A DNA stretch of 64,000 nt from Lama glama. Taxonomy: Eukaryota. This document shows, one piece after another, positions 26,600 to 39,227 of this stretch (position 1 is the first letter of the stretch; each line of letters starts with the position of its first letter). The position numbers were made by a program, and so were the translations under genes. Under the pieces are notes generated by a model. That model saw only the letters and a list, made by a program, of their open reading frames with translations, was not told where the DNA came from and did not search any database. The stretch spans positions 32,676,001-32,740,000 of the forward strand of contig CM052818.1 in the NCBI GenBank assembly GCA_028534125.1, given 5' to 3'.

Positions 26600-27215
26600 A
26601 GATAAATGATCCCAACAAATGATTATTCGTTGATTCCTTATTAGAGAATTATTTGCTAAAGTTTATTTGTAAACCCCGAAATCAATACTTGTGGTGATTC
26701 ATGACCTTTAACGGGCATACACAGAGGAGCAAAGAGTATGAGCTGCCCAACACTCATGAGGTTATTAGGCAAGGCTATGCTCTGCCTTCTTATTTCAGTT
26801 TTTATTTTAAGCACTTTTCACTGTCTATTTAGTATCACATTTTTTTGCTTTTCTACTTTTAGAAAAGCAATTGGCGATTTCACTGTTTAAAATGGCCCCC
26901 AAGTATGCTCTAGTGTCCCTAAGAGTGAAAAGGCTGTGATATGCCTTACAGAGAAGATATCCAAGTTCAATAAACTCTGTTCTGATCTAAGCTAATCAGC
27001 TATATATGTGTGTATGTATACAAATAAAATAAGGTATCTTTAAACAGAAACACACATAAAACAAGGTTATGTACGAATGAGATGACAAAAATGTAACATT
27101 TTTGAGAGGCTTGCAAAAACCAACCCCTGGTGTTTCCCCAAGGAATAATAAATAGCTCAGTGCTGCTGAATCAGAGCTCATGAGGCCCTCACACAATATG
27201 ACTACAGCCAATAAC
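26600..27215 (-). mobile_element. Tigger-derived element (MER82-like)
   Basis: aaataaggtatctttaaacagaaacacacataaaacaaggttatgta is the reverse complement of recalled MER82 text. Confidence 0.6.
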
Positions 27216-27700
27216 AAGTTTGTTCTAGTTCTGTGAAAAATGTTGTGAGTACTTAGACAGAGGTTGCATTGGATCTGTAGGTTGCTTTGGGTAGTACAGC
27301 CATTTAAATAATGTTGATTCTTCCAATCCAAGAGCACAAGGTTATCTTTCCATTTCTTTGTATCATCTTCAATTTCCTTCAACAAAGTTTTACAGTTTTG
27401 AGAGTACAAGTAACCTCCTTGGTTAAGTTTACGTGTAGGTATTTTGTTCTTTTTGATGCAATGGAAATATTAATGCCAGTTATAAAATTCTGAGTCTTGA
27501 AGTGGAAAAAAGTGAATGAAGGGCTGCAAATGGCAAAATATCCTTCTTTCTTACGGGTGAGTTGTATTCCATGACATATATATGCTGCATCTTCTTTATC
27601 CACTCATCTATTGATGTGCACTTACGATGCTTCCATATCTTGGCAATTAAAAATAATGTTGCTGTTAATAGAAGGGTGTATGTATCTTTTTGAATTAATT
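27216..27700 (-). mobile_element. L1 fragments, antisense
   Basis: ttgttctagttctgtgaaaaatg...ttgattcttccaatccaagagca; gctgcaaatggcaaaatatccttcttt. Confidence 0.8.
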
Positions 27701-27959
27701 CTTATTTTGTGGTTGGCTTTATTCCTTTGATAACTATGTAAGTTTAAAAAGCTAAAGCTCTAAACATTCTTAGAAACAATGAACAGTACATATACGTAAA
27801 TTTTAAAAATATGTGCAGTATATTGTGTATATGTATTTACATGCAATACATTGTATATGTGTAGTCAAACTGTAACAATTCTACCTAGTAAAACTGAAAA
27901 ATGGAAAGAAAAAAAAAAGAATTGCTTGGATGTATATACATGCAAAACCAATTCACTGG

Positions 27960-28915
27960 AGATCCTCTTTTCAACAAATGGTACTGGGACCACTGGATAT
28001 CCAAAATGCAAAACCACGAACCTCAATACATTCCTCGTACCATATACACAAATATTGAAAAAAAAAATCAAAATAGATTACAGAACCAAATAAATGTTAA
28101 GACCTAAAACTAAGAAACTTCCAGGAGAAAAATTCTGTGACCTTGGAAGCAAAGACTTCCGTAATCTGGACTTCATCAAAATTAAAAATTATTTCTCTTC
28201 AAAAAGACAAGCCACAAATTAGGAGAAAATATCTGCAAAGCATCTACCTAATAATCAATTTATATTCAGAATATACACAGAACTCTCAAAACTCTAAGAA
28301 AACAACCCAGCAGAAAACAGGCCAAAATATTTGAACACTTTGTCAAGCACATCCAGATAGCAAATAAGTATACAAAAGACTCTTAACATCAACAGCCATT
28401 AGGAAAATTCAAATTAAAACCACACTAAGATACCATTACACACTTATTAAAATGGCTAAAATTAAAAGACCATATCAAGTGTTAGTGAAGATGTAAAGGA
28501 ATTAGCACTCTGACACACAGCTGGTGGAAACATAAAACAGTACAACCACCTGAAGAACATTTTGCAGTTTCTTAAAAAGTTAAATATACACCTACCATAT
28601 GATCCAGCCATTATACTCCTAAGTAATTTACCCAAGAGAAATGAATCATAAGTCTGTACAGACTTGTACACAAATGTCCATAACAGTGTTATCTGTAATG
28701 TCCCAGACATGTCAACAAGCCTGTAGACTGGAGTAGGGAGGGGGATTACAAAGGGGTATGAGGAAACATTTGCGAGCAATGCACATGGTCAGTATCTTGG
28801 ATGTGGTAACAATTTCACATATGTATACATATGTCAAAACTTATCAATCAAATTACATACTTCAAATATGTACAGTTTATTATATGTCAATTATACCTCA
28901 GTAAAGCTCAATAAA
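27960..28915 (+). mobile_element. L1 3' end (older L1M)
   Basis: cttttcaacaaatggtactggga...cacctaccatatgatccagcca...tcaattatacctcagtaaagct. Confidence 0.85.
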
Positions 28916-30172
28916 TCTGGACACAAATTTAAAAAATAAAGACCGAGTAACAGAGTAACAAGCGTGACTTACAAACATCATTCAAAATCAGTTTCTTTTT
29001 AATCAACTAGTCAGATTTTATGTATTTATCAATAAACAATCTTTCAGTTTTTTGTGTCTAGAAGAAAATTAAGATTTGATGTCTGATAAATTTTAAATAT
29101 TCACGCACAATAAATTCTTAAAAAAACAAGATTCATTCTCAAATGAAGTTACTCACACTACATACATATTCAAAATCACCACTATCAGACCACCATATAC
29201 AGTAGAAAATGCTATTTGAGCCCATCAATAGGAGACAGTACTGCCTCCTTGTAGTAATACAAAAGTTGTTTCTTTTTTTTTTTCATTTTAATCTTCATTC
29301 AGTGGCAAGAAGCCTTCAAAAATTATCTTCTTTCAGAAATGTCTTTCAAAAATAATTACCAAGGAAACTTGGGCTTGCTCTACCCACCAAAACCCAAAGT
29401 TTTCAAGAATGGCCTTTTGGGGCAGCCTTTCAATATGCATTTTTAACTTGTTTGTTTTTATAGTTTACTCCTCTGTTACCAGGAAGCTCCAGGAAAACAC
29501 ATATTTTCAGGACCTTAAGACAATAGAAATCAACTTTTCTGTTACATAAGATATTTTTTACTTGGAAAGCCCTAGTCTCAGAAGCCAAAGAGGTGAGGCA
29601 TTTAAGATTCAAAAATCCTAGCAATGTCAAGAGATTCTGGTGGCAGATTTTAATTTTTCTGGCATTAGTAATTTCTTCTGTAAATGATAAAACCTCTAGA
29701 ACTAAAAGAAATTATCCCAACAGGCGTGCCTCAAAAATTAGACACAGATGAGAAAAGCAATACAATTAAAGACAGACATAATTAGGAAGCAAGTTGATGT
29801 TCAGAGGTGAACAGAGGTCCTCATGAACCTTTCCCCACACAACTACTTTAAGAAATACGTATTTGATGAGTCCCAGTTCTGAGTATTATATGGCATAAAT
29901 TTATAGAAACTTTACATGGTCAAAAGCATGCTCAACTAATTGATTACTAAGATGAGAAACTACTTCTATTTTTTAAACCTCTACTTATTCTGTTCATGAA
30001 TGGCAAGTAAAAAAGATAACTTCACCATCAGATGATGTTATAAAATCAGAGAAATTTCTTGTATTTCTTAAATTAAAAAAAAATTTTGATGGCTGTTTAA
30101 TACCAAATTAATTTTTACTTTTAAAAGTAGCTTCAAAGGGAATTAGTGATAGCAACTACTGCAAAAAAAGGT

Positions 30173-30253
30173 TACTGGGATTCTCAGACAGTCTAGGAAT
30201 TTAATGTCCTCAGTAAATCATCCATCAGTAGACATTACTACACTAACCCAGTA
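30173..30253 (-). pseudogene. Probable degenerate SNORD92/SNORD53-family copy (WDR43 intron 5)
   Basis: CTGA...TGAGGAC-N5-ATTCCTAGACTGT-CTGA-G aligns to the SNORD92 3' half; flanked by TACTGGG/CCCAGTA inverted repeat; box C missing. Confidence 0.55.
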
Positions 30254-30568
30254 GTCCTTTCTTTCAACAAAATCAGAGATTTTCCTAAAATTTTTCTTTA
30301 AAAGGTTATTTTTTAATTGCCCAGTCACAAAAATATTCAGCCCACTGTACTTCTAAATAAGCATGGAGGAAGTTCTATTATGTAATGCTCTTAAATTTTT
30401 CTCATAAAAATCTGGTTTTCAGGCAGGGTCAATTCTTCATTACAAGTCAATGTAAATCTAATATTAAACACAATAAAGCAAGTTTCATACCCATAATTTA
30501 TATTAACCATATAAGCTGTGACAGAATCTTTTAAAGCAATGTTACCTCCCAAATTCAAGACTACATAC

Positions 30569-30708
30569 CAGACATTAAGTAACCGGTCATGTACTGCTCC
30601 AGATAAGAAATAAAGACCTGTAATTCCATCAAAGGGTTGGCTCTCATTAGGAGGTCGGATAGTAGTGAACGTAAGTGATGAAACTGGCGTCGCATGTCCC
30701 GTGAAGTG
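30569..30708 (-). CDS. WDR43: WDR43 exon 5 ([12 protein letters not shown]...DRLLNV)
   Basis: ctctag|CAC ... TG|gtatgt; 140 nt. Confidence 0.96.
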
Positions 30709-30970
30709 CTAGAGAAAGTTATATCTCATTTAGGAGAGGATGGATATAAAGTGGTAACAACTTGTAACTATATATATGACACATATCTGAAATCAGAGCT
30801 CCAGACTAAGGTTATTTGTGCTGCATTCCTCAGTTAAAAAAAACTCCATCTGAAAAAACTGAACATTAAAGATTTCCCTTCTAATTCCCATGACCTACTC
30901 CACAATCTTTACTTTATCCTTTTTTGCATTAAAGATTCACTTCATTTTATCCATTTCTAAAAGGGTGCTT

Positions 30971-31059
30971 GGGTGCTCAGACACAGCCAAGGAATAGCAG
31001 GTCCTCATGTTACTCTCAGTGAGTAGAAACCACAATTTTAAGGTGTCATCACAGCACCT
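30971..31059 (-). ncRNA. SNORD92: Box C/D snoRNA SNORD92 (WDR43 intron 4)
   Basis: Box C GTGATGA 31052-31046, D' CTGA 31019-31016, C'-like ATGAGGA, guide TTCCTTGGCTGTGT, box D CTGA 30980-30977, terminal stem GGTGCT/AGCACC; guide complementary to recalled 28S CACAGCCAAGGGAA. Confidence 0.93.
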
Positions 31060-31419
31060 AAAGTTCAGTAATCCTTGAGTACACTCAAAATGTAACACTC
31101 AATCTCAACAGTTAAATACTACAAGTGTACCAAATGCCGGAAGCAAGCTAGAAGTCAAAAATTACTATAATTATTGAATACAGTAAAAGATTTTTAATTC
31201 AAATTCCATTCATGTTCATTTTTCCAATGCATGTGAAATGGACATGGTCTAACATTTAACAGATCTGGAGGCTACCTTTTATCTATTAATTCTACCATTT
31301 CATATGCTTAAAAATAAAAAATCTGTATTCTTAAAACAACATTCTATCACTTAGACTTCTGCCTTTCTCCATACTTACCTAGAAGACTGCTATGCTTACA
31401 ACTAATTTGATTTACTCAC

Positions 31420-31540
31420 CCTGTAGACTTCTTTGGTCTCCAAAACCCATAGTTTGATTGTTCGGCCAGCTGAAAGCAACATCTTTCCATCTGGGCTGAT
31501 ACACAGGGAACTGACACTGCTATTATCTCCTTTCCATTTG
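31420..31540 (-). CDS. WDR43: WDR43 exon 4 ([18 protein letters not shown]...KEVYR)
   Basis: atatag|C ... AGG|gtgagt; 121 nt, restores phase with exon 3. Confidence 0.96.
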
Positions 31541-31775
31541 CTATATTGTTAAGAGAAACAAAAACATCTCAATAAATGGGGACAAAAGTTTACCTAGAGC
31601 AAAAAAATAACAAAAAGCAAATTAGGCATTAAAAATATCACCCAAGGTTCTATGCAAAACTGCACTCCCTAAAATGTTGTGTCAGGCAACCAACTTTGGA
31701 CATACCATCAAGATAATGCATCCCTACATGACAGAGATTCTCAAGAGGTACCAGGAAATGAGTGATTAAGAGTTA

Positions 31776-31800
31776 TGAGTGAGTGAGTGAGTGAGTGAGT

Positions 31801-31861
<61 letters not shown>

Positions 31862-31890
31862 ATAGAGTGTGTGTGTGTGTGTAGTGTGTG
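31776..31890 (+). repeat. Compound microsatellite (GAGT)n(GT)n(GA)n(GT)n
   Basis: Directly visible, abuts the 5' end of a SINE. Confidence 0.97.
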
Positions 31891-31892
31891 TA

Positions 31893-31987
31893 GAGGGGAT
31901 AGCTCAGTGGTTGAGTGCATGCTTAGCATTCCCAGTACTAGGTTCAATCCCCAGTACTCCATTGTTAAAGTTAAAAAAAAAAAAAAA
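31893..31987 (+). mobile_element. tRNA-derived camelid-type SINE
   Basis: A-box tagctcagtgg, B-box ggttcaatcc, poly(A) tail. Confidence 0.85.
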
Positions 31988-32378
31988 CTTGTAAGAATGT
32001 AAAATGGGCAGTTGTGTACTCTGTGATCCATGAGGGGGATTTTGTTAATGCCCAAAAAACTACCATGCTGGCTGGATCTCTGCAAGCCCATCCTCTCCCC
32101 TCCTTGGTTCCTGCATTCTCTGGAAGGTTGAGAATTTAATTTACTTAGCAACACAAATCATCTCTCAATCTACAGTACAAAAAGATTAATTCTACCCTAA
32201 ATCCAAAGAGATATGCCCTCATCTGATAGGGTAAAATAAACAGGTATAAATGATCCCCTTCTAATGCCACAAATAAATTAGCAACAAGAGTCTTTGCAGA
32301 TTGTTGCATATATTAATGCTTTCATAAGTAACAAGGAGCTTGGCTATTCACTTATAAAATCAAGAAATAACACTAGTA

Positions 32379-32500
32379 GGGGGAGGGTACAGCTCCGTGG
32401 TAAAGCACATGCTTAGCAGCACAAGGTCCTGGGTTCAATCTCCAGTACCTCCATTAAAAAAAATTTAAGCAAACAAGCAAGCAAACAAACAAACACAAAA
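32379..32500 (+). mobile_element. tRNA-derived camelid-type SINE
   Basis: ggggagggtacagctccgtggtaaagcacatgcttagc...gggttcaatctccagtacctcc + A-rich (CAAA)n tail. Confidence 0.88.
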
Positions 32501-34099
32501 CAGTAACAATCTTCTTACCAAAAGAGGTTAATTCTAAAGTAGAAGAAAACAAACTGCTCTGCCAGTCACATTGGAATATGTCAAATTACTCATTTGGAAA
32601 AACAAAACTAGATTCCTATCTTATACTACATACAAAGCTTAATAAATTAAACCAAAACTAACTGATTAAAAATAAATACGTATGAAAATGTTTTTATAAT
32701 CCTGGGGTTAGGAAAGACCTTCCAAAGCAATTACAAATAAGGAATCACAAACAAACAAACAAAAAAATCAAATTTAAATAAATAAAACTTCTGTACCACA
32801 AAATAAGTCATAAAATTAAAAGCAAAAGGTTATGAGAAAAATATCAAAAATATACAGGCAAAGAATATTCAGACTACATTAACAGCTCCTTATATTCAAT
32901 AACTCAAGTTTTAAAAAATTCAAAATAAAAAGACAAAGAATATAAACATGCAATTCACAGAACAAATACAAACTGTCAATAAACACAAAAACACCTAACT
33001 TCACCAGTAGTCAAGGAAATGCAGCAATAATGTAAGAGAACTTTTCCTTTACCTTCATTGGTTCCTAACACTCTTGAAAATTTCTCAATTCCCACAGCTT
33101 CAACACTCACCTATATTCCTTAGGCAACATCTAGTCACTGAATAGATACACTTAAAAGAGAAAAGAAAAAAAAAGATACCACCATCCTAACAAGCTTCCT
33201 GAATCTACTTCCCAACTCAACACTGAGTAGCATAGAACTACCACCACCAGGACCCCTACCCACTCCCCATTAAGGGCTTACTAATGTGTACTCTTCCTCT
33301 ATCAACATCACCTGGGAACTTGTTAGAATTTCCAAGTCTCATCCTAGACTTACTAAATCAGATCTGTAAACACAAGTAACATATGTGCACATTAAAGCTT
33401 GAAGAGCACTAATCAAAAAATTCCTCGTTGGGAAATGTGACTGGTTTCAGGGGGATGACCTACATACACATAGTAACACTGAAGGCCTCCCAATCACTCT
33501 ACCAATGAAGCCCAGCAATTGAGCACCACACCCACACAGCTCTTTAATGTTTCATTTTCAAAAAACATCAGGCAGCTGAGGATCTCCAGTCATTTAAAGA
33601 ATGCCTTTAATGTGAAAGAGACCAAAATCAAACAAAAATTAAAACATACCCTCAAGAGGGAGATGCTGCAAAGTAAAAAACTTCAAATCCTATTGTATTT
33701 TCAGAGTTAGAAAATATGACATGCACGAAAGAAACATGATGCAACAAAAATTCAAACAAAAAATAGCTTCCATAAGTCAAAAATATGGTTAGAGAACCTT
33801 AAAAATTCAATACAAGATTTAGAAGACGAAATTGCTTCTCAAGTACAGAAGAAAACAACAAAAGGGAAAATGAGAATAAAGTACGAAACATTAAAGAATT
33901 AGTCCAGAAGATGCACCACCTAAATAATATACAGCACTAGAGAAAGATCAAAGAAAACAGAGGGGATGAAATTATAAAATACACAGTACAAGAAGAACAT
34001 GAATTTCCAGACTAAGTGGTCCCTCAAGTGCCAATGTAATTCATTGACTAAAGATAAAAAGCACAGGATATTTTAGAATATAAAAATAATTAACAGTGA

Positions 34100-34217
34100 G
34101 GGGGGAGGGTACAGCTCAGGTGGTAGAGTGCATGCTTAGTATATACAGGGTCCTGGGTTCAATCCCCAGTACCTCCTCTAAAAATAAATTAGTAAACCTA
34201 ATTACCCCCCCACCAAA
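34100..34217 (+). mobile_element. tRNA-derived camelid-type SINE with TSD
   Basis: A and B boxes; TSD aattaacagtga 34088-34099 / aattaacaatga 34218-34229. Confidence 0.9.
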
Positions 34218-36505
34218 AATTAACAATGAAAGCTAAAAAAGAACCCAATGTACCAATGCTTCAAATCCTGGGGGAAAATTATTTCCAACCCCAAAGTGTG
34301 TATCCTCAAGTTATCAATCAACTGTGAGGGTAAAGACGCTAGTAGATAAGCAAATCTCTGTAAATTTACCATCGACCCTTTTTCAAGAAGCTACCAATTT
34401 GTATGGGTCACAAAAAAGAGGTAATAAACCAAAGACAAAAGTGAGATCCAGGAAATTGAGGCTCCATCTGACGAGAGAATTTTCAAAATAATGATGAAAA
34501 GAAATCCCAGGATAATCACTGGAAGAAGGCAGAGAGGTCCTCCAAGAAAAATGAAACTGAAGAGAAAGTTCCGAAGATTAATATACTTGATTAATTTGTG
34601 TGTCTGAAATAACAGATTTACACTACTGCAGGAATGAGACTGAACTTACAAGTATACACAAAACTAAGCAAATGAACAATAAAGCAGTTATAAACCCCAA
34701 GAAAAGCAAAATTTTGTGCCAAAAAGATAATATAAACAGTGCAGTCCAAGTCTCAGCTGTGACAATATTTAAGTAGTAGTCATAATGTGAACAATGAATA
34801 CTGCTTAATCAGAAGTGTGCTACAATATTGGGAAAATGGGAATGGAAAAAGGGAGAGGCTAAGAGCTAAATCCTCATCTTCTATAGTAGGAAATCAACAG
34901 ACAGTACCTAAAACGGAAAACAAAATCAATGAACAATAGCATAGGAATGCCAAGAATGAAACTGGAAACACAATACTGCAGGAGAAAAGTCTGGAATAAG
35001 AGCTCAGGCTCTGATTCAACCTATTTCTTAACTATAAAACAGGGATGGAGACTACCCCAGTGTTACAAATACTGTGTATAACATGCCGAACAGTGCCTTG
35101 AACATTACTAGTCCCTGAGTTGGTGAACTCTTGTCCAGACAGCATTTAAAAGCTCTGTTTCAGGGACCCCGACCCCAGCCTGGTGGATGAGAATCTCCAC
35201 AGGTGTCTCTTTAGTCACCAGTGTGGAAACTACTGCCACAGGTAAATGGAGTGCACTTACTGAACCTCTAGGCAGACGACTACTCTCTGCACCTTCAGCC
35301 CCAAGCCCTCCTTTAAATTCTAAGCCTCTATCACCATCCCACCTGCCACGTCTTGCCTTTCACATGCTACGTCAAATTCAATTTGCTTAAAAACTCCAAA
35401 ACCACTTCTCTCTTCCAAATTTCTATTAACTGCACCACTAGTCACCTAATAAGTTCAGAAAATTGAAAACTAGTTACATTTTATTTAAATCCTTTCTGCA
35501 CTCAATACCACCTATCTTCTATCCTACCCAAGGTTCTTCTTGGTTGGTATTTATTCCTTTCTTCCTTCCCACTCTTACCGTCCTACACCCAGACTATTCC
35601 AACCACCACCTGGGATCTGGCTTTTCTGCCTTTGAAGGAGCTCCTTCCCACATATTCTACAGTGCCAGATTTTCTTCCCAGAGCATTATTCTGATCTTCA
35701 GTGTCTCCTGCTTATCAAGTAGAATCCAAAACTCCAAAACAGTAGTTTTAGTATAGCAGGAAAATAAAGTACCAGAATTCGAGACAGCAGGATGAGGACT
35801 CCCTGTCACTTACTAGCTTTAAGACCATGGGCATCATCACCCTCCTTAGGGTCCACATCTACGTACTAACTTCAACTACATTCAACAGTCCACATTTACT
35901 AAAAATCTATTACAGCCAATTACAGGATTAGGTGCTTGAACTAGCAGAGCTGTCTGAAATTTTTATCTACGACACTTAAGGCCAGACTCCTCGGCTCACA
36001 TCCTCTAATAGACATTATGCCCTAGGATGGCCCTCCTCTAAATCACTCTACTCAGTTGCAAGTAAACCTTTCACTTTCCTTTCTCCTAACCCCTGCGCCT
36101 ACCACATCCCCACCCCACCTTTCCTTCCCTACCCTCAAAAGGATTCTCCCACCCTCTTCTATCCACATCTTACCTCTCCTAGAAAACCCAAGTGAAATCT
36201 TCTCTTCTACCAGGTCTTTCCAACGCTACCCTACTCATCTGACCAGTAATTACATGCTACTTTATGGAATCTCTTGTGCAGATATTTCACTTTTGTACCA
36301 TTATTTAACTTTTATGTATTAAAATCTTCCACACCCAACTTAATTAAAAGTTCCTTGAGAACAGTCTATAACCTTACTGGTGTCTACATTCTCCACTGTG
36401 TCCAATATCAAACTTCACTTCTATCAAGAATACAGCCTTGATTTGTTGAACTAATGCATTTCCAAACAGTAACCACATTACCCCAGAACTATCAACGTTA
36501 CTCAC

Positions 36506-36627
36506 CACTTTACTTTGCACGTCTGTGTGTTCCATTCCACAATGTGTTTATCATCTGAACAACTATACAAACAGCCATTGTCTTGATGCCACTGTATGCA
36601 ATTGACTTTGTTGTCATGTCCACCACT
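36506..36627 (-). CDS. WDR43: WDR43 exon 3 ([16 protein letters not shown]...CKVK)
   Basis: ctacag|AGT ... TG|gtgagt; 122 nt; WD40 GH motif. Confidence 0.96.
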
Positions 36628-37674
36628 CTGTAGATTTAAAAAAAAAAAAATTAAAGAAAAAAAAGCTCATCTGATATGACAGTATGCACCCTGGAATCAT
36701 TCGTAAGAGTTAGGTTATGTTACACCTTAACCTAACTAAAATGCATCTATCCATCTGCAACATCAAAAATGAGATAAATCTGCTACAACTTCATCAAATA
36801 CTAACTTTCCATTGTCTCCTCTGCTGAAAAAACATACTTCTACATCGTAAGTCAAAGGATACTAGTCCTAAATGCCACTTACTTTTGACAGGAATGCCAG
36901 CATTAGGCATGATAAAATACTTCATGTACAGAGGCAAAAAGTTGGGGACACTTGAGTGAACTAGTATGTCAAATCTTAAACAATGTCAAGTCAGTAATTA
37001 AGGTAAAAATCACATCTAGTCAAAACTATCCTTGCAAATCCCTTTGTAAAGAAGTACTAAAACTATCTCTCAATTTTAAAAATCACCGTTTATTCAGGGA
37101 CACACTAAATGTTTCCTTGTATTATAGCTCACACCATATGAATAAAACTTTAAACGTACTCAGCATAGCAAAATGTTCACTCACTCTGAGGCACAAAGGA
37201 ACGGAGACATCACCTGGGGAAGAGCAAATTCAAGTCTCTCATCTCACACATTCCAAGACAAGCTCATTCAGCAGAATACAGTGCTAAATCACTGTGAGCA
37301 ACTGTTTTCACTCTTTCTACCTGAATTCACATTAATTAAATGTGCATACAATGGATCACCACTGAGTACATATCTAAGCTAAGCATGAAAGCTAAAATTC
37401 AAAATCACTACTTCCATCGTACAGATTGCCGCCACCTCAAAAGAAAAATGTTTAAATGTTAAGTTCAGTTACTTCTCTTCCTTCCTATCAGCTATTTATT
37501 CAAACTAAGTCCCACATTATAGCCAAACACACAAAGAACTGAACAAAGGAGATGAACAGATAATTTCTGCAGAAAGAATTCAGTAAGAAATTTTTTAAAA
37601 CTTCAAAGTTAGTAATCCAAGAGATACAAAGCAAAACAAAGTAACATTTTCAGTCTATTCATCTAGCAACTTGT

Positions 37675-37782
37675 ATACCAAAACCAGGCAGACACCACCA
37701 AAAGAGAATTACAGACCAATATCACTGATGAACATAGATGCAAAAATCGTTACCAAAATATTAGCAAATAGAATCCAACAGC
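37675..37782 (+). mobile_element. Internal L1 ORF2 RT fragment with perfect 16-bp TSD
   Basis: Encodes IPKPG...[29 protein letters not shown] tcatctagcaacttgt 37659-37674 / 37783-37798. Confidence 0.9.
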
Positions 37783-39227
37783 TCATCTAGCAACTTGTTT
37801 AGCATTATAATACCCATGCTGATAAGATTATAATGAAAATGGCATTATCATACATTGCTGGGACTAGCATATCTTTTTTGGAAAGCAATCTAGAAACTGT
37901 CCATTCATTCATTTACTCATTCAACATTTACTAAGTACCAATTACATGCCAGGCACTATACTACTTCCAATAAATTATGTCTAAATTTCAATAAAGTCAT
38001 GCAAGGTAGCTTACACAATTCGCATTGAAGAGATGATCATTATCTTATCCTTGATCATATAACTAGAAGGATTCAACCCCAGGACAGACTAGTTCCAAAG
38101 CCTCGTCCCTTTCTACCACACCACATCATTCCAACACTCCTTGCCCCGACCCTCCTAGTTCCTTTTTAAGAAACTCATCCCCTGTTAAAGACTTATATAT
38201 AATACTGTGAAGTTTCAAAATAATCTAACAAGGAGTTCTAGGCTTCATCAGCATCGTGTCTGCAGCCACAACAGCCGAGTAAAGCAGCTGCAGTAAAGCA
38301 CTGCACAGGGCACTAGGTACATGTTCAACACAAAAGACTGACCAAATCAAAGGATGGGCTCTAAACTATAGCAGGGTAGAAGCCCACATGAGGACCACAC
38401 TCAACTTGGAGAGCAGGGAGGAATAAAGGAAGATTTCCTTTAATATACACCTCTGAATGCTTTAACTTTTTTTTTTTTACAGTTGTGTATTATTTGTATA
38501 ATCTTTAAAATGAAAACAAATAACATACTTTAAAATACAGGTTTAAAATCAGATAAAAACTTTCATCTATCAAATTAGCTAGGTTTTTTGTTGGTGTTAT
38601 CACTGTTTTAATGTGAATAATCAATGATGACAAAAACACTCTGAAACACATGTACCGTCCTTCCATAGCTGATACTAGTACACTTAGAATAACTTCCAGA
38701 AAATTTTTATACTATGTATAAAAAGGCTTAACACTCACACCTTTGACTGATTAATCACAGGTTAGTAATTCTGGGAACCCATGTAAGAAAAAAAAATTTA
38801 CAAAAAAATCAGAAACTACCTAAATGGTTAGTAACAGTTAAATCACCAAGGGACTATCCAATTTAATGGGATTTTAGCCAGTCCCTAAAAATGTTTATAA
38901 CTAGTTCTTGACAAATATGAAAACTGCTCATGTTATAATATGATGGAAAATATCAGGATACAAAATAGATGAACAGACAGAACCCAACTGAACATATGCA
39001 TAGAGCAAAGAAACACACAATCTACTAAACAGAAGACTGCTTGGTGATAGATTTAGGTGTAATTTTTTCCCTTTCAACTTCACATAGTTCCAAAGTATCT
39101 ACAGATAAATGTTACTTACATATTCATATACTTACTTATTCATATATACAGAAAGCAATCCTATATACAGACAGGAGTTAAGTGAACACCAAAAACATAC
39201 TGTAATAGATATTGTCTGATACAAATT

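Noticed and set aside
26996..27603. 137-aa ORF with KTLLKEIEDDTKKWK
   Set aside because: Frameshifted L1 ORF2 remnant fused to a Tigger relic
31893..34217. tRNA genes (A/B boxes at 31893, 32379, 34100)
   Set aside because: No complete cloverleaf; they have SINE tails, poly(A) or TSD
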